Source: Camelus dromedarius
Taxonomy: Eukaryota
Length of the DNA stretch: 64,000 bases
NCBI RefSeq assembly: GCF_036321535.1
Contig: NC_087436.1
Location: 113,648,001 to 113,712,000 of the forward strand
Direction: 5' to 3'
The notes under the pieces are model-generated. The model was not told the DNA's origin. It saw only the letters and a list, made by a program, of their open reading frames with translations, and ran no database searches. Position numbers and translations under genes: made by a program. Positions 62,472-64,000 of the stretch are shown here, one piece after another (position 1 is the stretch's first letter; every line of letters begins with the position of its first letter).

Positions 62472-63940
62472 TTTTTAGCTTTTCATTTTGAAATAGTGAT
62501 AGATGCCCAAGAAGTTTCAAGAGAGTTCAGTGAGACCCAATGTACTCATTACTTGGCTTCTCTCAATATTATGAAAGCTAGAAAATTGACCTTGGCCTAA
62601 TGAAATTACCTAGACTGCAAACCTTACTCAGATTTCACAAGTTTTTATATGCACTCATTTTTAAACATGTATATGGTTTACATGTGTAAGTTCTATGATT
62701 TTTTCATTACCATACAGATTTGTATAACCACCACCACAGTTGAGATACAGGATTATTCTTTCACTACATAAGGAATCCCTCATGCTATTCCTTAATAGTC
62801 ACAATTTTCCTTTAAACTCTAACAGTAATCTATTCTCCAGCTCTATAATTTTGTCATTTTGAGGGTGTTACATAAAAGGAACCATAGGGTATGCAACCAC
62901 ATGAGACTGGATTTTTTTTTAAATCAGTCTGATGCTCTTGAGATCTATCCATCCAATAATTTGTTTCTTTTTATTGGTGAGTAGTATTCCCTTGTGTGAT
63001 GTACCAGAGCTTGTTTAACCATTCACCCCTTGAAGGACATTTGAATTGCTTCCAGTTTGGGGCTATTACAAATAAAGCTGCTATGAATGTTTGCGTATAG
63101 GTTTTAGTGTGAACATATGTTTTCAATTCTCTTGGATAAAGACCCCAGAGAGGCATTACTGGGTCATGTGGTAAATGTATGTTTAACTTCAAAGGAAAGT
63201 ACCAAACTGTTTTCCAGAGAAGCTTACTATATTCCATTCCCTGTAGCAGTTTATGACAGATCCAGTTTCTCCACATGGTTTCCTGCAGTTGATACTGTCA
63301 GTGTTATTTTAGACATTTTAATAGATTTTTAGTGGTATCTCACCAGGGGTTTTAATTTACATTTCTCCAATGTCTAGTGATGTTGAGGATCTTTTAGCAT
63401 GCTTATTTATAATTCACATACCTTGTTTTATAGTATCTGTTCAAGTTTTTTTTCCATTTTTTAATGGATTGTGGTTTTTTTTTTTTTACTGTAAAGTTTG
63501 GGATGATGTACACACACACACACACACACACACATATATTCATTCTGGGTAGAAGTACTTTGTCAAGTATGTGATTTGCAAATAGGTTTTCTCATTCAGT
63601 AGTTTTTCTTGCTCTCTAACAGGATTTTTCACAAAGAAGACATTTTTAATTTAGTTTATCCACTTTTAACTTTTTAGGTGTCTCCTACATCATGTCTAGG
63701 AATTCTTTGTTCAACTATAGATCACAGAGATTTTCTCATTTTCTCTTCTAAATGATTTTTAGCTTCACATTTTACTTTTAGACCTATGATTCATTTTGAG
63801 TTAATTTTTGTAGAAAGTATCAGTTTTAGTTTGAGGTTGCTTTTTGCCTTTCAATGTCCAGTTGTTCCAGCACCTTTTGTTGAAAAGACTGCCCTTCCTC
63901 CACTGGGTTGCCTTTGCACTTTTGTCAAAAATAAGTGGAG
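62472..63940 (-). mobile_element. L1MC/MD-type element (3' UTR plus ORF2 3' part), with (CA)12 at 63511-63534
   Basis: ttgtttaaccattcacccctgaaggacatttg...acaaataaagctgctatgaa...cattttgagttaatttttgta...gttccagcaccttttgttgaaaagact. ORF 62971-63276(-) is a decayed L1 ORF2 C-terminus (WKTVW...HLPHDP...TFIAALFVIAPNWKQFKCP...LWYI). Confidence 0.9.
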
Positions 63941-64000
63941 TACCCCAATGTTCATAGCAGCACTATTTACAATAGCCAAAACATGGAAACAGCCTAAATG
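63941..64000 (+). mobile_element. Young L1 (ORF2 C-terminal region), runs off window end
   Basis: ccccaatgttcatagcagcactatttacaatagccaaaacatggaaacagcctaaatg translates as [18 protein letters not shown]. Confidence 0.92.

Noticed and set aside
62971..63276. 101-aa ORF with a recognisable protein-like sequence
   Set aside because: It is a decayed L1 ORF2 C-terminus inside an old L1, not a host gene.
1..64000. A novel multi-gene system, CRISPR array, operon or other prokaryote-type feature
   Set aside because: The sequence is mammalian and repeat-rich. There are no long ORFs (longest 182 aa), no regularly spaced direct repeats and no gene clusters.

Overview
This is AT-rich, CpG-depleted mammalian genomic DNA, most likely from a camelid (camel, alpaca, vicuna or llama). 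That assignment rests on a Vic-1-type tRNA-derived SINE at 10059-10214 and several lineage-young L1 3' ends. I found no protein-coding exon, RNA gene, CpG island or processed pseudogene that I can recognise. The supplied ORFs look like chance ORFs or repeat-derived ORFs. The window reads as intergenic or deep-intronic sequence dominated by ancient interspersed repeats: more than 20 MIR fragments, many L2 pieces, MaLR/ERVL solo LTRs, hAT MITEs (MER5, MER20, MER33, MER45, MER58, MER63), old L1M fragments and a HAL1-like fragment. A few young L1/SINE insertions with target-site duplications (TSDs) and microsatellites are also present. I see no evidence of a novel biological system. The items most worth checking are a TATA/CACCC promoter-like site with a perfect splice donor (30.3-30.5 kb), other well-formed splice signals that could belong to unannotated non-coding transcripts, a three-level nested L1 insertion (42.6-43.5 kb), a perfect 62-bp AT palindrome (58.35-58.41 kb) and a few motif-dense unique segments. 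Repeat family names come from recalled consensus sequences, not from a search. Boundaries of old repeats are approximate to within tens of bp.
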